Positions 59,790 to 64,000 of a stretch of DNA of 64,000 nucleotides are shown one piece after another. The notes beneath the pieces were generated by a model, which saw only the letters and a program-made list of their open reading frames with translations, was not told the DNA's origin and did no database searches. A program made the translations under genes and the position numbers. How positions within the stretch are numbered: the first letter of the stretch is position 1; every line of letters starts with the position of its first letter. The stretch is from Mobula hypostoma (Eukaryota), in assembly GCF_963921235.1 (NCBI RefSeq), contig NC_086107.1, forward strand, positions 115,880,001 through 115,944,000. The letters are read 5' to 3'.

Positions 59790-62700
59790 TGAGGGGGAGG
59801 GGTTGGGGGGAAGGGACGGGGAGGGGGCGGGGAAAGGGACGGGGAGGGGGCGGGGAAAGGGACGGGGAGGGGTTGGGGGGAAGGGACGGGGAGGGGTTGG
59901 GGGAAGGGACGGGGAGGGGTTGGGGGAAGGGACGGGGAGGGGTTGGGGGGAAGAGGGGGAGGGGTTGGGGGAAGGGACGGGGAGGGTGAGGGGGAAGAGG
60001 GGGAGGGGTTGGGGGAAGGGACGGGGAGGGTGCGGGGAAAGGGACGGGGAGGGTGCGGGGAAAGGGACGGGGAGGGTGCGGGGGAAGAAGGGGAGGGGTT
60101 GGGGGGAAGGGACGGGGAGGGTGCGGGGAAAGGGACGGGGAGGGTGAGGGGGAAGAGGGGGAGGGGTTGGGGGGAAGGGACGGGGAGGGTGCGGGGGAAG
60201 GGACGGGGAGGGTGCGGGGAAAGGGACGGGGAGGGTGCGGGGAAAGGGACGGGGAGGGTGAGGGGGAAGAGGGGGAGGGGTTGGGGGGAAGAGGGGGAGG
60301 GGTTGGGGGGAAGAGGGGGAGGGGTTGGGGGGAAGGGACGGGGAGGGTGCGGGGAAAGGGACGGGGAGGGTGCGGGGAAAGGGACGGGGAGGGTGCGGGG
60401 AAAGGGACGGGGAGGGTGCGGGGAAAGGGACGGGGAGGGTGAGGGGGAAGTGGGGGCGGGCTGGGGGGGAAGGGACGGGGAGGGTGCGGGGAAAGGGACG
60501 GGGAGGGTGAGGGGGAAGAGGGGGAGGGGTTGGGGGAAGGGACGGGGAGGGTGCGGGGAAAGGGACGGGGAGGGTGCGGGGAAAGGGACGGGGAGGGTGC
60601 GGGGAAAGGGACGGGGAGGGTGCGGGGAAAGGGACGGGGAGGGTGCGGGGAAAGGGACGGGGAGGGTGCGGGGAAAGGGACGGGGAGGGTGCGGGGAAAG
60701 GGACGGGGAGGGTGCGGGGAAAGGGACGGGGAGGGTGCGGGGAAAGGGACGGGGAGGGTGCGGGGAAAGGGACGGGGAGGGTGCGGGGAAAGGGACGGGG
60801 AGGGTGCGGGGAAAGGGACGGGGAGGGTGCGGGGAAAGGGACGGGGAGGGTGAGGGGGAAGAGGGGGAGGGTGAGGGGGAAGAGGGGGAGGGGTTGGGGG
60901 GAAGGGACGGGGAGGGTGCGGGGAAAGGGACGGGGAGGGTGCGGGGAAAGGGACGGGGAGGGTGAGGGGGAAGAGGGGGAGGGGTTGGGGGGAAGGGACG
61001 GGGAGGGTGCGGGGAAAGGGACGGGGAGGGTGCGGGGGAAGAAGGGGAGGGGTTGGGGGGAAGGGACGGGGAGGGTGCGGGGAAAGGGACGGGGAGGGTG
61101 AGGGGGAAGAGGGGGAGGGGTTGGGGGAAGGGACGGGGAGGGTGCGGGGAAAGGGACGGGGAGGGTGCGGGGAAAGGGACGGGGAGGGTGCGGGGAAAGG
61201 GACGGGGAGGGTGCGGGGAAAGGGACGGGGAGGGTGCGGGGAAAGGGACGGGGAGGGTGCGGGGAAAGGGACGGGGAGGGTGCGGGGAAAGGAACGGGGA
61301 GGGTGCGGGGAAAGGAACGGGGAGGGTGCGGGGAAAGGAACGGGGAGGGTGCGGGGAAAGGGACGGGGAGGGTGCGGGGAAAGGGACGGGGAGGGTGCGG
61401 GGAAAGGGACGGGGAGGGTGCGGGGGAAGAAGGGGAGGGTGCGGGGGAAGAAGGGGAGGGGTTGGGGGGAAGGGACGGGGAGGGTGCGGGGAAAGGGACG
61501 GGGAGGGTGAGGGGGAAGAGGGGGAGGGGTTGGGGGGAAGGGACGGGGAGGGTGCGGGGAAAGGGACGGGGAGGGTGCGGGGAAAGGGACGGGGAGGGTG
61601 AGGGGGAAGAGGGGGAGGGGTTGGGGGGAAGGGACGGGGAGGGTGCGGGGAAAGGGACGGGGAGGGTGCGGGGAAAGGGACGGGGAGGGTACAGGGGAAG
61701 AAGGGGAGGGGTTGGGGGGAAGGGACGGGGAGGGTGCGGGGAAAGGGACGGGGAGGGTGAGGGGGAAGAGGTTGGGGGGAAGGGACGGGGAGGGTGCGGG
61801 GAAAGGGACGGGGAGGGTGAGGGGGAAGGGACGGGGAGGGTGAGGGGGAAGGGACGGGGAGGGTGCAGGGGTTAGGGAGGGGGAGGGTGCGGGGAAAGGG
61901 ACGGGGAGGGGTTGGGGGAAAGGGACGGGGAGGGTGCGGGGGTTAGGGACGGGGAGGGTGCGGGGAAAGGGACGGGGAGGGGTTGGGGGAAAGGGACGGG
62001 GAGGGTGCGGGGAAAGGGACGGGGAGGGTGCGGGGAAAGGGACGGGGAGGGTGCGGGGAAAGGGACGGGGAGGGGTTGGGGGAAAGGGACGGGGAGGGTG
62101 CGGGGAAAGGGACGGGGAGGGTGCGGGGAAAGGGACGGGGAGGGTGCGGGGAAAGGGACGGGGAGGGTGCGGGGAAAGGGACGGGGAGGGTGCGGGGAAA
62201 GGGACGGGGAGGGTGCGGGGAAAGGGACGGGGAGGGTGCGGGGAAAGGGACGGGGAGGGTGCGGGGAAAGGGACGGGGAGGGTGCGGGGAAAGGGACGGG
62301 GAGGGTGCGGGGGTTAGGGACGGGGAGGGGGAGGGGGGGGAGGGGGAGGGGGAAGAGGGGGAGGGGTTGGGGGAAGGGACGGGGAAGGGACGGGGAGGGT
62401 GCGGGGGAAGGGACGGGGAGGGTGCGGGGGTTAGGGACGGGGAGGGTGAGGGGGAAGAGGGGGAGGGGTTGGGGGAAGGGACGGGGAGGGTGCGGGGGAA
62501 GGGACGGGGAGGGTGCGGGGGAAGGGACGGGGAGGGTGCGGGGAAAGGGACGGGGAGGGTGCGGGGAAAGGGACGGGGAGGGTGCGGGGGTTAGGGACGG
62601 GGAGGGGGAGGGGGAAGAGGGGGAGGGGTTGGGGGAAGGGACGGGGAGGGTGCGGGGGAAGGGACGGGGAGGGTGCGGGGGTTAGGGACGGGGAGGGTGA

Positions 62701-63715
62701 GGGGGAAGAGGGGGAGGGGTTGGGGGAAGGGACGGGGAGGGTGCGGGGGAAGGGACGGGGAGGGTGCGGGGGAAGGGACGGGGAGGGTGCGGGGAAAGGG
62801 ACGGGGAGGGTGCGGGGAAAGGGACGGGGAGGGTGCGGGGAAAGGGACGGGGAGGGTGCGGGGTTAGGGACGGGGAGGGTGCGGGGTTAGGGACGGGGAG
62901 GGTGCGGGGGTTAGGGACGGGGAGGGTGCGGGGGTTAGGGACGGGGAGGGTGCGGGGGTTAGGGGGTTAGGGACGGGGAGGGTGCGGGGGTTAGGGGGTT
63001 AGGGACGGGGAGGGTGCGGGGGTTAGGGACGGGGAGGGTGCGGGGGTTAGGGACGGGGAGGGTGCGGGGGTTAGGGACGGGGAGGGTGCAGGGAAAGGGA
63101 CGGGGAGGGTGCGGGGTTAGGGACGGGGAGGGTGCGGGGGTTAGGGACGGGGAGGGTGCGGGGGTTAGGGACGGGGAGGGTGCGGGGGTTAGGGGGTTAG
63201 GGACGGGGAGGGTGCGGGGGTTAGGGGGTTAGGGACGGGGAGGGTGCGGGGGTTAGGGACGGGGAGGGTGCGGGGGTTAGGGACGGGGAGGGTGCAGGGA
63301 AAGGGACGGGGAGGGTGCGGGGGAAAGGGACGGGGAGGGTGCGGGGGTTAGGCACGGGGAGGGTGCGGGGGTTAGGGACGGGAAGGGTGCGGGGGTTAGG
63401 GACGGGGAGGGTGCGGGGGTTAGGGACGGGGAGGGTGCGGGGGTTAGGGACGGGGAGGGTGCGGGGAAAGGGACGGGGAGGGTGCGGGGAAAGGGACGGG
63501 GAGGGTGCGGGGAAAGGGACGGGGAGGGTGCGGGGGTTAGGGACGGGGAGGGTGCGGGGGTTAGGGACGGGGAGGGTGCGGGGGTTAGAGACGAGGAGGG
63601 TGAGGGGGTTAGAGACGAGGAGGGTGAGGGGGTTAGAGACGAGGAGGGTGAGGGGGTTAGGGACAGGGAGGAGGTGGGGGAAGGGATGAGGAGGGGTGGG
63701 GGAAGGGACGGGGAG
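59790..63715. repeat. G-rich ~23-bp minisatellite (GGGAAAGGGACGGGGAGGGTGCG) grading into a GGGTTAGGG-containing variant
   Basis: Directly visible. Confidence 0.95.
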
Positions 63716-64000
63716 GAGGGTGTGGTGAGAGGGAATGAGGAAGGGATTTAGGGGGAGGGGAGAGAGTCAGCATCATTGACCACCAACCTCCCCATCTCTT
63801 CACATACTCCCTCCTCCACTGGCACCCCGTTGGATGCCAAACCCTCTGTAGTGAACCACCCTCGACTGGTCCGCTCCATAGGAACACCCCCCACCCCCCA
63901 GGAATGTCTCCTGATCAGGAATCCTGCCCTGGAACCCACCCCAAATGAGGCATCCCCCCCCAACCATCACCAAATGAGGAATTTCCCCCCAGACACCCTG

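Noticed and set aside
59708..63751. Gly/Arg-rich (RGG or collagen-like) ORFs, or a true telomere
   Set aside because: Products of a G-rich minisatellite; TTAGGG is not in pure tandem hexamers and unique sequence follows.

Overview
Eukaryotic (vertebrate) genomic DNA, most likely a cartilaginous fish such as a ray or shark. This is inferred from the CR1/Rex1/Penelope repeat families and the GC-rich, minisatellite-dense introns. Four genes lie head-to-tail on the minus strand. (1) The last coding exon of a probable EIF3C (59664-59740). (2) A complete 10-coding-exon PRODH2 hydroxyproline dehydrogenase (51284->29305, 469 aa when spliced by hand). (3) A complete 8-coding-exon ADP-ribosylarginine hydrolase ARH1/ADPRH-like gene (27901->3098, 361 aa, catalytic SDDT and DSDS motifs intact). 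(4) The first exon and CpG-island promoter of an unidentified gene (ATG at 1904). The introns hold nested CR1, Rex1/Babar, Tx1, Hero and Penelope retroelements, a deleted class I endogenous retrovirus (integrase end, env TM with ISD, PPT/LTR start) and many minisatellites. The most notable observations are minimal hammerhead ribozymes in Penelope fragments (one intact, in a 7-bp-TSD insertion inside the ERV) and a 52-bp repeat family whose four arrays each sit next to an exon and appear to supply splice signals. Also notable are an in-frame ADPRH-exon/CR1/CR1-RT chimeric ORF and higher-order structure in the arrays. The very long ORFs in the track are tandem-repeat artefacts. All exon boundaries were read by eye; no database searches were run.
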